Source of the DNA: an uncultured virus (IMG/VR IMGVR_UViG_3300020056_000009) | Taxonomy: Duplodnaviria > Heunggongvirae > Uroviricota > Caudoviricetes | Virus record (IMG/VR): IMGVR_UViG_3300020056_000009 | Length of the DNA: 20,000 nt | Strand: one strand, 5' to 3' | Shown here: one piece after another, positions 1 through 8,927 of the stretch | Numbering within the stretch: the stretch's first letter is position 1 | Layout of the letters: each line of letters starts with the position of its first letter | Made by a program: the position numbers and the translations under genes | The notes under the pieces: generated by a model | What the model was told of the DNA's origin: nothing | Seen by the model: only the letters and a program-made list of their open reading frames with translations | The model's database searches: none

Positions 1-427
1 GAATTAAGTCTACTTCGCTTTCACTAATATCTTCTCGATTAGCCCAATGAGATTCCCAATCAGCATAAGTGGTCTGCAATCTTTCTTTTTGCAGATCTTC
101 ATCAATTACCAAACGAACTACCTTCCATCCGGCTTCCGTCAAGGCTTTGGCCTCATTAACGAAACGAACATCATCAATAACAATGTTTTCATGATGGTTT
201 CCCAAATCAATAACATAATCAATCCACACCGATGGTCTGATTTCTCGCATCTTCATACCAATTTGTTGTAACAACGGCCGGTCTTTTTCTTCCATACCAA
301 ACAAATCATGAGCAATCTCTTTAACTTTGGCCGCCAATGAAACTTTATGGTAATCTTGGTGGTCTACCAACCAATTAGCCATCGTGGTTTTCCCTGAGGC
401 CATTCTCCCGGCGATTGCGATCTTCAT
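1..427 (-). CDS. P-loop deoxynucleoside-monophosphate (dNMP) kinase-like protein, 3' end runs off the window
   Basis: Not in the ORF track. Manual translation from ATG 427: MKIAIAGRMASGKTTMANWLVDHQDYHKVSLAAKVKEIAHDLFGMEEKDRPLLQQIGMKMREIRPSVWIDYV...VIDDVRFVNEAKAL. Walker A GxxxSGKTT, R-xx-LQ-x-IG and DDVRF-x-NE are typical of phage dNMP kinases. TATATTAAG lies 21 nt upstream. Confidence 0.85.
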   Translation of the reverse strand, partial: MKIAIAGRMASGKTTMANWLVDHQDYHKVSLAAKVKEIAHDLFGMEEKDRPLLQQIGMKMREIRPSVWIDYVIDLGNHHENIVIDDVRFVNEAKALTEAGWKVVRLVIDEDLQKERLQTTYADWESHWANREDISESEVDLI

Positions 428-449
428 GTCGAACCATAGTTCAACCACC

Positions 450-2642
450 TTAATATAACTTTGTTTGTCGTTGCGATTGCATGGCATCGTTAAAGTATTC
501 TGGTAAGAACTCTTTAAGAGGTTTGCCACCATCACGCTGAGAGCGAAGATGGTAGTCAAACGATGGATCGATAATATACATCTTACCTTGGTCTTTGGGA
601 CTACGGACAATTCTTCCTAACATCTGCGTCAGCATGACACCGGTTTGCATCGTATACCAATCAGGATTATCTTTCAACTTTTTAGCAATCCGCACATCTC
701 CCAAACTGGGGAAAGGTAATTTGGGAATAACCAAGAATCCCACCGAACCGCCATCATAACCTTGGTTGGCATAGGTAGACACCAAAATCTGATTACCTTG
801 TGACTTGTTAAAGTTCTCGAAAACCTGATCTCGTTCCGTCGGATTTTTAGAATGCGTAATAATTCTGTCGGCTACATTGCGGTCTACATCGGCCACAGCC
901 TCTAAAATCTTCTTTTCTAATTCATCCGTATAAGGCAAAATCAGTCCCTTTTGATTAGGAAATTGATTAGCAATTTCTACAATGCGTTCTGCAGTTTGAC
1001 GATAATGTTCTTCCCTGCGTCCTCGACGACTCAAATCTCCACCCTTGAAGGCCGTAAAAATAGGTCGGTTGGTTACCGGGAAACTGCTATACTTAATTTG
1101 AATGTAACAAGTCTCTGATTTTTTAAGTCCCATTTCTTGACAATAAATATCAATGTCGGCAATAGTTCCGCTTAAGAAAATACGATGCTTGCCTAAGCCC
1201 AACAATAGTTCTTCCGATCTATCGGTAATATCCATAGGCTTAAAAGATATGAAAATAGGTTCTTCTTCGTCATCATACTGCCAAATGATATTCTCCGGTT
1301 CAGTCTTTAGACTTTCAATAAGTCGTTGCAGATAATTTTTCGTGTTAGCCGCCATACGCACCGTTTTCTCATCATACTGTTTCATACGGCCTGAAATTTC
1401 TGATACCAAGCGTTCCAAATACATCAACCATACTTTCGAGCCCATAACTTGTCGGTCTTTAGGAGTATCGGTTCTAATGCTACCGATCTTCGGGAATCCC
1501 CATGTCATTGGACTTGATACTGGATGCCAAGTAGTTAAGAGATTTTCTCGCTTCCTTGCCATACCATTTTGATTGGCTTCAGGGGCAGCCATGATTTCAT
1601 TAAAACTGGGAATATCTAATAGCATTTCCAACTTCTTTACCGAAAGCGTTAAAGCATAATAATCTGCCAAAGTATTGGGTAGTGTATGAGCCTCATCAAA
1701 AATAATGAAATCACGAGGCAATAAATACATTCCGCTGGAGTTCATACGCATAAGATAAGAGGTATTACCCACAAAATAACGGTTATGGTGGGCTTTATGC
1801 AAGGCTTGATAATACTCACATAGTTTATCTTCTGATACTGACCAATCCACTTGTTGCTTCTTAATTGGTAATTTCATACCACACTTAAATCCAATTGTGC
1901 TGCACGGGGCTAAATCTGCTTGAGTAGTTTCTTGCTGTGGGCGACCCATCTGATGAGCCTCCCATGCTTTTTGGGCTTCGGCTTCAGAACGACAATTAGC
2001 CTCAATGCTAAGCGAACAACCATAATTGCCTTTACCCATCACCGATCTCATAAAGGGCATTTCATCAAGATATTGTTTTTGCAAACCCTTGAGAGGAGTT
2101 ACCACATAAGCCCGACTATCAAACATCTTGGGAACTACCATCGCCATAGCCGATTTACCAGAACCTACCGGAGACTCTACCACAATGTTCTTGTATCCTG
2201 CTTTCACGGCTTCGGCAATTTCAGGAATTACCTGTTGTTGTTCTTGACGAGGGGTGCCAAATCGTGTATTGGTAAAATAATCTGATATCTCGTATTGTGG
2301 TTTCATCATCGGCGTAACTTGAATAGTTTTAAATCCTGTGGCTTCCAATTCTTCGGGAAGTTGGTGACCACCGATCTTTCCTAATTGAGTATCATCAAAA
2401 TCCTTTTGCTGAATAAAATCATCTTCTTCTGCTTCTTCGGCCACATTGACCGGATTACCTGAAACCCACATCTGCAAATTAAAATGATTACAAAATTGTT
2501 CCAAGTTAGCAATCTTACGACCTCGAATCTCCATTTCTCCACGATAACATTTACGAGATTTATCCCACTTTAAGTGATATGTGCCAGCCAAAATATCTCG
2601 ATAAGGATAACAATTACCTCTTACCGTTACAGGAACGAACAT
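450..2642 (-). CDS. DinG/XPD(Rad3)-family SF2 helicase with Fe-S cluster cysteines
   Basis: Q-motif PRQEQ, Walker A ESPVGSGKS, GKGNYGC...C...C...CEYY cysteines, DEAH box, LSGT, QMLGRIVRSPKDQG motif VI. Start moved from 2684 to ATG 2642 (MFVPVTV) because TATATTAAG sits 21 nt upstream of it. Confidence 0.9.
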   Translation of the reverse strand: MFVPVTVRGNCYPYRDILAGTYHLKWDKSRKCYRGEMEIRGRKIANLEQFCNHFNLQMWVSGNPVNVAEEAEEDDFIQQKDFDDTQLGKIGGHQLPEELEATGFKTIQVTPMMKPQYEISDYFTNTRFGTPRQEQQQVIPEIAEAVKAGYKNIVVESPVGSGKSAMAMVVPKMFDSRAYVVTPLKGLQKQYLDEMPFMRSVMGKGNYGCSLSIEANCRSEAEAQKAWEAHQMGRPQQETTQADLAPCSTIGFKCGMKLPIKKQQVDWSVSEDKLCEYYQALHKAHHNRYFVGNTSYLMRMNSSGMYLLPRDFIIFDEAHTLPNTLADYYALTLSVKKLEMLLDIPSFNEIMAAPEANQNGMARKRENLLTTWHPVSSPMTWGFPKIGSIRTDTPKDRQVMGSKVWLMYLERLVSEISGRMKQYDEKTVRMAANTKNYLQRLIESLKTEPENIIWQYDDEEEPIFISFKPMDITDRSEELLLGLGKHRIFLSGTIADIDIYCQEMGLKKSETCYIQIKYSSFPVTNRPIFTAFKGGDLSRRGRREEHYRQTAERIVEIANQFPNQKGLILPYTDELEKKILEAVADVDRNVADRIITHSKNPTERDQVFENFNKSQGNQILVSTYANQGYDGGSVGFLVIPKLPFPSLGDVRIAKKLKDNPDWYTMQTGVMLTQMLGRIVRSPKDQGKMYIIDPSFDYHLRSQRDGGKPLKEFLPEYFNDAMQSQRQTKLY

Positions 2643-2713
2643 ATTTATCCATAGGTAGACGACCTTAATATACTTTGCTAACATATAAATAGTTGATCGC
2701 CTAAATCATATTT

Positions 2714-3487
2714 ATGGTGTCTATTGAATGGCAAGGATCTAACATCCCACACCCTCAAAAAGCCGATAAGGGTGGTGAAGATACTTGGTTTGTTACCGAA
2801 AACTTTGATTATACTGCTGCGGCGGTATTTGATGGCGTTGGTGGTTGGGCCGAGTGGGGCGTAGATCCAAGAGAATGGGCGGCATCTATGGCTACGGAAA
2901 CTATTAATGCTTTAGACGAAACTTCGGGATTGATTTCTGTTTTGACTCAAGCCTATCAAGAAACCAAATCAATGGTGCCTCACGGTAGTTGCACCGCTTG
3001 TATCGTCAAACATACTGATGGTTCTGATAGTCTTCAATTTGCCAATTTGGGCGATTCCGGATTAGCCGTGTATCGTAAGGGACAAATGCTCTTTGAAACT
3101 TTAGAGCAAACAATGGGTTTTAATTTTCCTTACCAATTATCTTCGGAAGAGGGTGAAACTCCTTCAGATGCAGATCGGGGTTATATTCCTCTTAAGCCGG
3201 GAGATTATGTAGTCTTGGCTACTGATGGATTATGGGATAATCTTTATCACAAAGAAATCGCCAAGTTGTTAGAACGAGAAGACGACCTTTCTGATGCTTT
3301 GGCTACGGCGGCGTTTCAAGCCGCTAATGATAACAAGCGTTGGGCACCCTTTGGACAAAAGGCCGTGGTAGAACTCTATGGTGAGCGAACTCCCGAAGAT
3401 CTTGATTACGAAGTCGTTCCACAATTAGTAGAATACTTAGGCGGCAAGTTAGACGATATTACTGTAATTGTAGGCCGGGTATATTGA
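2714..3487 (+). CDS. PP2C/PPM-family protein phosphatase, PTC7-like
   Basis: HPQKADKGGED, VFDGVGGW, GSCTAC, ANLGDSG, FNFPYQL, LATDGLWDNL, GGKLDDITV: all metal-binding Asp motifs present. TATAAATAG 21 nt upstream. Confidence 0.92.
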   Translation: MVSIEWQGSNIPHPQKADKGGEDTWFVTENFDYTAAAVFDGVGGWAEWGVDPREWAASMATETINALDETSGLISVLTQAYQETKSMVPHGSCTACIVKHTDGSDSLQFANLGDSGLAVYRKGQMLFETLEQTMGFNFPYQLSSEEGETPSDADRGYIPLKPGDYVVLATDGLWDNLYHKEIAKLLEREDDLSDALATAAFQAANDNKRWAPFGQKAVVELYGERTPEDLDYEVVPQLVEYLGGKLDDITVIVGRVY

Positions 3488-4035
3488 TGACATCCCTGGC
3501 CAACAAACATTTTGTTGAGGCAAAGCAAGTTACTAAGTGGCTTGAACAAGAAGTTGTTTTGACAAGTCCCAGTTTTATATTAGATTATAAGGAACCTTAT
3601 TCATATATGTGGGAAGTTGAACAACATTGGAACACCTATCAATTTATTTATTGGATATTTGGGAATCAAACGGTTGAATATGATGAATCGAGTGAACTCG
3701 TTGAATATTGTCATATTAATATACCTTTACAACAAGACCTTATCAAAAATGGATTTAATTCAAACTCCGTATTAAAGTTTACTCTTAAAGATGGCTCTCA
3801 ACTTTCTCTTCGGGCCGAGTCTTACAAGTATCAAGAGGGCAAGCCGGTGTGGTGGTCACTCGCAAAGAATCTTTTAAACGATTCTTGGGAATGGCCGGTG
3901 AGAATTTATGTTACTTTACCCAACAATGAAACCATTATTGGCTATCCTGATTATGAAATGGGTGGATGGGATTGGAGTTTTGAACCCGATCAAAGTGAAC
4001 CGCAAAGCATCAATTATTGGCAACTCAAGATCTAA
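3487..4035 (+). CDS. hypothetical protein (Trp-rich; internal LRAES; C-terminal SINYW)
   Basis: ATG 3487 overlaps the PP2C stop (TGATG coupling); about 182 aa; no family recognised. Confidence 0.7.
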   Translation: MTSLANKHFVEAKQVTKWLEQEVVLTSPSFILDYKEPYSYMWEVEQHWNTYQFIYWIFGNQTVEYDESSELVEYCHINIPLQQDLIKNGFNSNSVLKFTLKDGSQLSLRAESYKYQEGKPVWWSLAKNLLNDSWEWPVRIYVTLPNNETIIGYPDYEMGGWDWSFEPDQSEPQSINYWQLKI

Positions 4036-4047
4036 TCCTTTCCCCTG

Positions 4048-4066
4048 AGGCTATCAATAGCCTTTT
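4048..4066 (+). terminator. short hairpin plus T-run between convergent genes
   Basis: AGGCTA-tcaa-TAGCCT followed by TTT, between the stops at 4035 (+) and 4091 (-). Confidence 0.4.
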
Positions 4067-4090
4067 GGTGACACAATTTAAGTTGGCAAC

Positions 4091-5170
4091 TTAAAATCCG
4101 AGTTCACGCATCGCATCTTCAACCGAAAGTTCTCCTGATTCCACTAATTCGGTAAATACCGAGAAGGGATAACATTCATCCTTCCAATCACAATAACTGC
4201 ATTGCCAATCACCCACGGTGTTAAGAGGATTCTGTTCCCATTGCTTTGTCTTGGTTTTAGAAAGAGTGCCGTTTTCGACCATCATTTCAAAGACTTCATC
4301 AGAATAACGAAGAGCAAACTCACGGTCAGGAGGCGTATCAGACTTCAACTTCTCATGACATTCCATATACCTTTCCAAGATGTTTTCCATCGTGAATCCC
4401 TGAATAGGACTATACATGATGTTATCCTTCAATTGCACCATGGGATCGGTTTCGGGAGTAATCAACTGTCCATCCATCGTCTTAACAAGGATTTCTCCAT
4501 CATAACCATTACTCAATTCAATACGGAATTGATTGGTCTTACAAGAGTCTACGATTTCATAGACAATCACGAAATAAGGGATAGTGACTCCATAAGTGTC
4601 TTCTACCACCTTGCGAGTATGAAGATACATAGCGGCTTGCATCAAGTGTTCCATCTTGGGAAAGCCCACCGGATACATCTTGTTGCCCTTACCGCAAAGG
4701 TGCTTTTCACTAAAGTGACCTCGGGTAGACTTGACTTCAATACCAATAGCGGTGTTAGGGTCAATCATAGTAATACGACCTTCGCTATCAGTTTCAAAGT
4801 AGCGTAGCACAGCGTCAATTTCACCAGAAAGATATACCGATTCACCGGTTTCAGGATCGGTTCCGATTGGTTCCTTCAACTTAAGGTTAGAGGCCAAAAG
4901 AACTCCTTGCTTTTCCCATTGTTCTTGGAGTTCATTTTCAACAGCATCACCGACACCGAAACGAATCATGCTCGTATCATCGGCTTCATTGGTTCGAGGA
5001 ACCCGCTTCTTAGAATACCATACTTGACGGTGGCACTTACCAACTAATTGGTCGTTGCCATATTCATCAACGATATTACAGGAGGCTCCTGTGGGGTTCA
5101 ATCCACCAAGACTCACACGGAGTCCACGGTTTCGCTTGGCATATACATAGTTCTTCATCGGGTCAAACAT
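4091..5170 (-). CDS. solo Cas4-like PD-(D/E)XK exonuclease (4-Cys Fe-S type)
   Basis: N-terminal GKCHRQVWY, GEIDAV, IEVKST, HLMQAAMY and C-terminal WQCSYCDWKDEC give the 1+3 Cys arrangement of Cas4/AddB-like nucleases. Confidence 0.85.
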   Translation of the reverse strand: MFDPMKNYVYAKRNRGLRVSLGGLNPTGASCNIVDEYGNDQLVGKCHRQVWYSKKRVPRTNEADDTSMIRFGVGDAVENELQEQWEKQGVLLASNLKLKEPIGTDPETGESVYLSGEIDAVLRYFETDSEGRITMIDPNTAIGIEVKSTRGHFSEKHLCGKGNKMYPVGFPKMEHLMQAAMYLHTRKVVEDTYGVTIPYFVIVYEIVDSCKTNQFRIELSNGYDGEILVKTMDGQLITPETDPMVQLKDNIMYSPIQGFTMENILERYMECHEKLKSDTPPDREFALRYSDEVFEMMVENGTLSKTKTKQWEQNPLNTVGDWQCSYCDWKDECYPFSVFTELVESGELSVEDAMRELGF

Positions 5171-5228
5171 TTGTTCACTTCCATTTACCCTGCCTGTTGT
5201 GGCAGTTGTATTATGCAGTTATGCAATT

Positions 5229-5244
5229 ACCCTTATATACCTTT
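5229..5244 (-). promoter_or_regulatory. BRE/TATA promoter AAAGGTATATAAGGGT (class A)
   Basis: 16-mer identical to 7212-7227; near-identical copies at 12366-12381, 13017-13032 and 7433-7448. Upstream of the Cas4-like gene. Confidence 0.75.
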
Positions 5245-5259
5245 TCATTTTCCAAAGAA

Positions 5260-5637
5260 TCAAAACACATCATCTTCTTCGGCAGGTGGATGATCTACGA
5301 AATGCACCGCCAAACTGACATCTTGAATATGCTTCATCTCTAAAGATTGTTGAATAATTTGATTGAGGATTTTATCTGCCGACTTCATTTCGGATTCCAT
5401 GTTTTCCCATTGAGGAAAGCCCACGATATCAAAAATTTCATATTGGGTATCATCTTTAGCCGTAGACAAACGATTTAAGGATAATCCATTAGTAACTGTG
5501 AGTCCATAAACTGAAGTGCTAAAAGGTTGTAAATCCTCCCCGGGAATTACAATAACTCGATACAAAAAACCATCTGGCTGTTGTCCTGCCGCTTCAAATT
5601 GTTGCAAGGCTTCTCCCAATTCTAAAGTTTTATCCAT
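5260..5637 (-). CDS. hypothetical protein
   Basis: 125-aa ORF overlapping the upstream ORF stop; GGTGA SD-like site before the ATG. Confidence 0.7.
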   Translation of the reverse strand: MDKTLELGEALQQFEAAGQQPDGFLYRVIVIPGEDLQPFSTSVYGLTVTNGLSLNRLSTAKDDTQYEIFDIVGFPQWENMESEMKSADKILNQIIQQSLEMKHIQDVSLAVHFVDHPPAEEDDVF

Positions 5638-6172
5638 GTTGCTTCACCATTCGATCCATAAATTCGTTATAATCAAAGTTTTCCCAATCCTTGATAATCT
5701 CTAACATGATTTTGAGGTCACGGGCCATATCACCCGTCGGAACTTTTTGCAGTTTGGTATCTTCCGTTCCGTCAGGGAAACGATAAGTGGTAACTTGATT
5801 AAAGTGTCCTTTGGCTAACAGCGAAGTTACTACCATTCGGGCTTGGTCAGCCGAGGCTTGATTATCAATCACTACCTTAACTCGCTCATTAGCCGATTGC
5901 ATAATTTCTACTTGATGTTGCACGATGCCTTCTAAATACTTTTGAGGGTTTTTAGACAACCATCGGTCAATCTCTTCTCGGTTATATCCTTTCGATACTA
6001 AGAAATCTACGAAGTTACCGGCTACGGCTACTACGAAACGAAGAGGATCATCCAAAATGTTGAACATCACGAAATATAGATCATCTTTATCATTATGGTC
6101 CATATCTACCACAGCAGTTACAATAACTTCGTTATCTTTAAATCCTAATTTGACATCGCTAATTTGTTTCAA
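5630..6172 (-). CDS. hypothetical protein
   Basis: 180-aa ORF, TTG start preceded by GAGGAGG. Confidence 0.75.
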   Translation of the reverse strand: MKQISDVKLGFKDNEVIVTAVVDMDHNDKDDLYFVMFNILDDPLRFVVAVAGNFVDFLVSKGYNREEIDRWLSKNPQKYLEGIVQHQVEIMQSANERVKVVIDNQASADQARMVVTSLLAKGHFNQVTTYRFPDGTEDTKLQKVPTGDMARDLKIMLEIIKDWENFDYNEFMDRMVKQHG

Positions 6173-6399
6173 TTAAAAGCCTCCTCAACACATTCATGAC
6201 ACAGATAATACAAACCACCTAAAGAAATATCAAATCCGCTTTCACAGCCCCGGCATTTGCGAAGTCGCCAACGGAGAGCCCATCGTGCTTGTAGCACTCG
6301 GGCCTCATCGATAGAAATCGGCACGGGATTATTAATCAGGTAATCAATGGCTGAAACCTCTAAACCTTGCTCTTCAGCAAACTCCATTAAGTCCAGCAT
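6169..6399 (-). CDS. small Zn-finger protein (CxxC...CxxC)
   Basis: Trimmed from track ORF 6169..6498, which overlaps the tRNA. ATG 6399 (MLDLMEF...CRGC...CHEC) has TATAAATAG 22 nt upstream. Confidence 0.7.
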   Translation of the reverse strand: MLDLMEFAEEQGLEVSAIDYLINNPVPISIDEARVLQARWALRWRLRKCRGCESGFDISLGGLYYLCHECVEEAFN

Positions 6400-6440
6400 A
6401 CACCTAAGTTGTAAACACCACCTATTTATATCTATTGATT

Positions 6441-6525
6441 TGGTGCTGGAGGCAGGATTCGAACCTGCGAAGGCTTCGCCAATGGATCTTGAGTCCACCC
6501 CCTTTGACCGCTCGGGAACTCCAGC
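6441..6525 (-). tRNA. trnL: tRNA-Leu(CAA), intronless, CCA encoded
   Basis: GCTGGAG acceptor pairs with CTCCAGC, followed by ACCA; anticodon arm GTGGA-CT-CAA-GA-TCCAT; long variable arm GGCGAAGCC; T-loop GGTTCGAATCC; 85 nt. Confidence 0.96.
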
Positions 6526-6533
6526 ATATGTAA

Positions 6534-6698
6534 TTAGACAGAACGACCCATGCGTTTAATGTCTTCTCGCTTTACCAAGCCTAAAGTAATCGTTGATGAA
6601 CCTGATTGTTCCTCTACTGTTACCTTCATATAATCGGTATCAGCATAGTCTGAGAAAACTAACACACGGCTACTGCCTAAATCAAGGCGAATTTCCAT
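6534..6698 (-). CDS. small hypothetical protein (54 aa)
   Basis: Below the track cutoff: MEIRLDLGSSRVLVFSDYADTDYMKVTVEEQSGSSTITLGLVKREDIKRMGRSV*. SD GAGGAGTGA; fills the gap between the 6701 ORF and the tRNA. Confidence 0.65.
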   Translation of the reverse strand: MEIRLDLGSSRVLVFSDYADTDYMKVTVEEQSGSSTITLGLVKREDIKRMGRSV

Positions 6699-6700
6699 GT

Positions 6701-7162
6701 TCACTCCTCGCCATATCGGGTTTGATACTCGGCATAAAGAGCGTCGGCAAGGTCATAGATTTGACCTACAATTCCTTCGGGAACCGATTCCAAGTCTCCG
6801 ATTTGGGCAGAAACCAAGTTGGTAGCGTTGTTAATACACATTCCCAGAGTAATACGCTCTTGCGTAGACATCTTACCTGCATCCACATCGCCAATAAATA
6901 CCGAGTTGCCATCAGGAGTAGTAATAGTAATTACGGCAAGATCGGAGGCACGACCTCCTTCAAGAATACCAAATCGCTTGCGAGCCCCAAAAGCAGACTT
7001 AAACTTACCTGCGTATTGTCCTCGAACATCGTAGCGACCAATCTCGCTCTTGTCGTTGGCTACGGTAGTTGGCCCCTTAAGGAAGTAAGCCAGCGTTCCG
7101 TCGTCCTTTGCCCATTCTTTCGCACTATATCCATCTGCACATTTAATTTCAATCTTTACCAT
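6701..7162 (-). CDS. hypothetical protein
   Basis: 153 aa, SD AGGAGCGTGA, class A promoter at 7212-7227; first gene of a probable operon ending in the tRNA. Confidence 0.8.
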   Translation of the reverse strand: MVKIEIKCADGYSAKEWAKDDGTLAYFLKGPTTVANDKSEIGRYDVRGQYAGKFKSAFGARKRFGILEGGRASDLAVITITTPDGNSVFIGDVDAGKMSTQERITLGMCINNATNLVSAQIGDLESVPEGIVGQIYDLADALYAEYQTRYGEE

Positions 7163-7211
7163 TGTATCACGCTCCTTGTTGCGTTAGTCGCAAATAATCT
7201 TGTGTGCGGCC

Positions 7212-7227
7212 ACCCTTATATACCTTT
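7212..7227 (-). promoter_or_regulatory. BRE/TATA promoter AAAGGTATATAAGGGT (class A), overlapping the stop codon of the upstream ORF
   Basis: Exact copy of 5229-5244. Confidence 0.75.
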
Positions 7228-7413
7228 CCACCACTTCGGAGGGTCTTCCCAATTGATAGCCATCGGATAGATAACGCAATCGCAAAAACTCGGATCATCA
7301 GAAAATTGAAGAATCGTGATTTCATCATTAGATAGAACTTCGCCCGCCATCAATTTAGCCATCAATTCCTTTGAGCCTTCCTTAGTCGGAAAACCACAAC
7401 GGCGACATCGCAT
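7216..7413 (-). CDS. small Zn-binding protein (RCRRCG...CDC...AIN)
   Basis: Start moved to ATG 7413, with TATATAAAG 21 nt upstream; same Cys pattern as 15425..15664. Confidence 0.65.
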   Translation of the reverse strand: MRCRRCGFPTKEGSKELMAKLMAGEVLSNDEITILQFSDDPSFCDCVIYPMAINWEDPPKWWKGI

Positions 7414-7487
7414 CTGGAAAACTAATGCTTCCACCTTTATATACCTTATACCCAAAATATAAATAGTCACAAATAGAACCTTTTCTT

Positions 7488-7691
7488 ATGCCAAAAGTAT
7501 GGGCAGATATCACGCCACCAAACCTAAATCAACCCTATTGGGTAGGTGAATTATGGGTCACTCATAAAGGTAAAACTTGGCGAGAAGATACCATTGTCGA
7601 TTCTGAAAAGGAACATTTTGTTAGAAGGGTTAGAGAAGAAGTAGAACTAATAGAACGAGAATTAGACTATCGCTTTATGCTTTCTTCTTAA
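7488..7691 (+). CDS. small hypothetical protein
   Basis: 67 aa; TATAAATAG 21 nt upstream of the ATG; divergent from the 7413 promoter. Confidence 0.65.
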   Translation: MPKVWADITPPNLNQPYWVGELWVTHKGKTWREDTIVDSEKEHFVRRVREEVELIERELDYRFMLSS

Positions 7692-8512
7692 TCTTGATAA
7701 TAATCTACCACTACCCGATCGCTAACATAGATTTCCCAATCCCAATAATCACTTCCTCCCGCTTCGTCACCATCATAATAAAAATGCATTTTTTGATAAT
7801 CTGAATAATCATCAAGGAATTTTGATTCTTCGGTAGTCCACCGACGGTAGTAATCTTTACCAGTTTTGCCCACCACAATCCAATTGGTATCATTCCATTC
7901 ATCTAAATCTACAAATGTAAAAACCTTGGCTTCTTCCAAAGCCTTTTCATAAAGTTTTTCTTGTTCTTTATCATCCGTTTCAAAACCAAAAGCCATAATT
8001 TCTTGTAAATCATCCCCGGCAGGAGAGCCCTCAATTTCTCTAACATAACTTAGACCAATGCCTTCATCAATAATATCAACATCGCCCAATTCTTCTCCAA
8101 TAGCATAAAAGCCACAGTATTTAGCAGGATAATTCCACATTACAAAGTCAGTTGCTTGGTTGCAAGCCCAAGCAGACCATTCTGCCACAGCAATTTCAGA
8201 TAAATAAGGATCTTCGTAATCTGTCCAAGGGTTTACTGCGAAACCCTCAATGTTATTTTCACGAGTATCAGGATCTGCAATCCAATCAAAAAAGGCCGTC
8301 ATATAATTTTCCCAATAAGGATTATGTCGCTTCCAACCACTCCATGAATAAACCACATATCCGTTCTTTTCTTCGATCATGTCATAATCATTGGCTGTTG
8401 GAAACCACTTATCTTTCAGGCGGCTAACTTTACCCATCATTTCCATGCCTGCTTCATAGAGTTCCCGATATTCTTCCGGGATAAACACTTGTCCATAATG
8501 ACGATATCCCAT
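7688..8512 (-). CDS. acidic, Trp/Tyr-rich hypothetical protein
   Basis: 274 aa; MGYR...W-x-GWK...FYAIGEE pattern reminiscent of uncharacterised phage proteins; TATA plus palindrome promoter. Confidence 0.8.
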   Translation of the reverse strand: MGYRHYGQVFIPEEYRELYEAGMEMMGKVSRLKDKWFPTANDYDMIEEKNGYVVYSWSGWKRHNPYWENYMTAFFDWIADPDTRENNIEGFAVNPWTDYEDPYLSEIAVAEWSAWACNQATDFVMWNYPAKYCGFYAIGEELGDVDIIDEGIGLSYVREIEGSPAGDDLQEIMAFGFETDDKEQEKLYEKALEEAKVFTFVDLDEWNDTNWIVVGKTGKDYYRRWTTEESKFLDDYSDYQKMHFYYDGDEAGGSDYWDWEIYVSDRVVVDYYQD

Positions 8513-8542
8513 ATCGTTTGATTGGTCAAACGACTATTTATA
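8513..8542 (-). promoter_or_regulatory. TATA plus palindrome leaderless promoter (TATAAATAG-TCGTTTGA-ccaa-TCAAACGA-T-ATG)
   Basis: Perfect 8-bp inverted repeat 8514-8521/8526-8533; near-identical unit at 15665-15694, partial unit at 18401-18430. Confidence 0.8.
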
Positions 8543-8543
8543 G

Positions 8544-8927
8544 TTATTCGAAAAAGGATTTTTCAGAAATGGGGTATTTCCCATCTCGTAAGATATTATA
8601 ATTAATGGCTTGGTGATAGCCTTTGGGCATTACACCTTTTGCATATCTTTTTCTATCTGCAGATAATTTATTTGCTCCCGATCTTAATTGTGACCAATCC
8701 GGTTCTGTGCCATGAATATCGACAAATAAATCTTCTTCGTAATCAGCAAACCACCCATCAAAATAGACTTTACCATTATCATAATTAGCAATTAGATACC
8801 CATCTAATCCTGTATCACTACCTAATTCCATACTGACATCCGTAATCATACCCTTTTGGAATCCTTCTTGCGGAAGTAACCAATCACTAATATCCTTAAT
8901 CACGGCTTCTATTTTATCTTTAGTCAT
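8544..8927 (-). CDS. hypothetical protein
   Basis: ATG 8927 coupled to the upstream stop; SD GGAGGT; 127 aa. Confidence 0.72.
   Translation of the reverse strand: MTKDKIEAVIKDISDWLLPQEGFQKGMITDVSMELGSDTGLDGYLIANYDNGKVYFDGWFADYEEDLFVDIHGTEPDWSQLRSGANKLSADRKRYAKGVMPKGYHQAINYNILRDGKYPISEKSFFE

Noticed and set aside
47..271. Track ORF on + (74 aa) and other plus-strand ORFs inside 450-2642, 4091-5170, 10641-11909 and 13037-15403
   Set aside because: Antisense shadows of well-supported minus-strand genes; no motifs or promoters.
2643..2684. Longer helicase start at 2684
   Set aside because: It runs through the back-to-back TATA boxes; ATG 2642 fits the 21-nt rule.
4091..5170. CRISPR-Cas locus
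   Set aside because: Only a Cas4-like gene; no regularly spaced repeat-spacer array or other cas genes seen.
6400..6498. N-terminal extension of track ORF 6169..6498, and + ORF 6347..6559
   Set aside because: They translate the tRNA gene; a promoter at standard spacing supports ATG 6399.
6593..7270. 225-aa plus-strand ORF
   Set aside because: Antisense to two SD-bearing minus-strand ORFs and their promoter; no recognisable motif.
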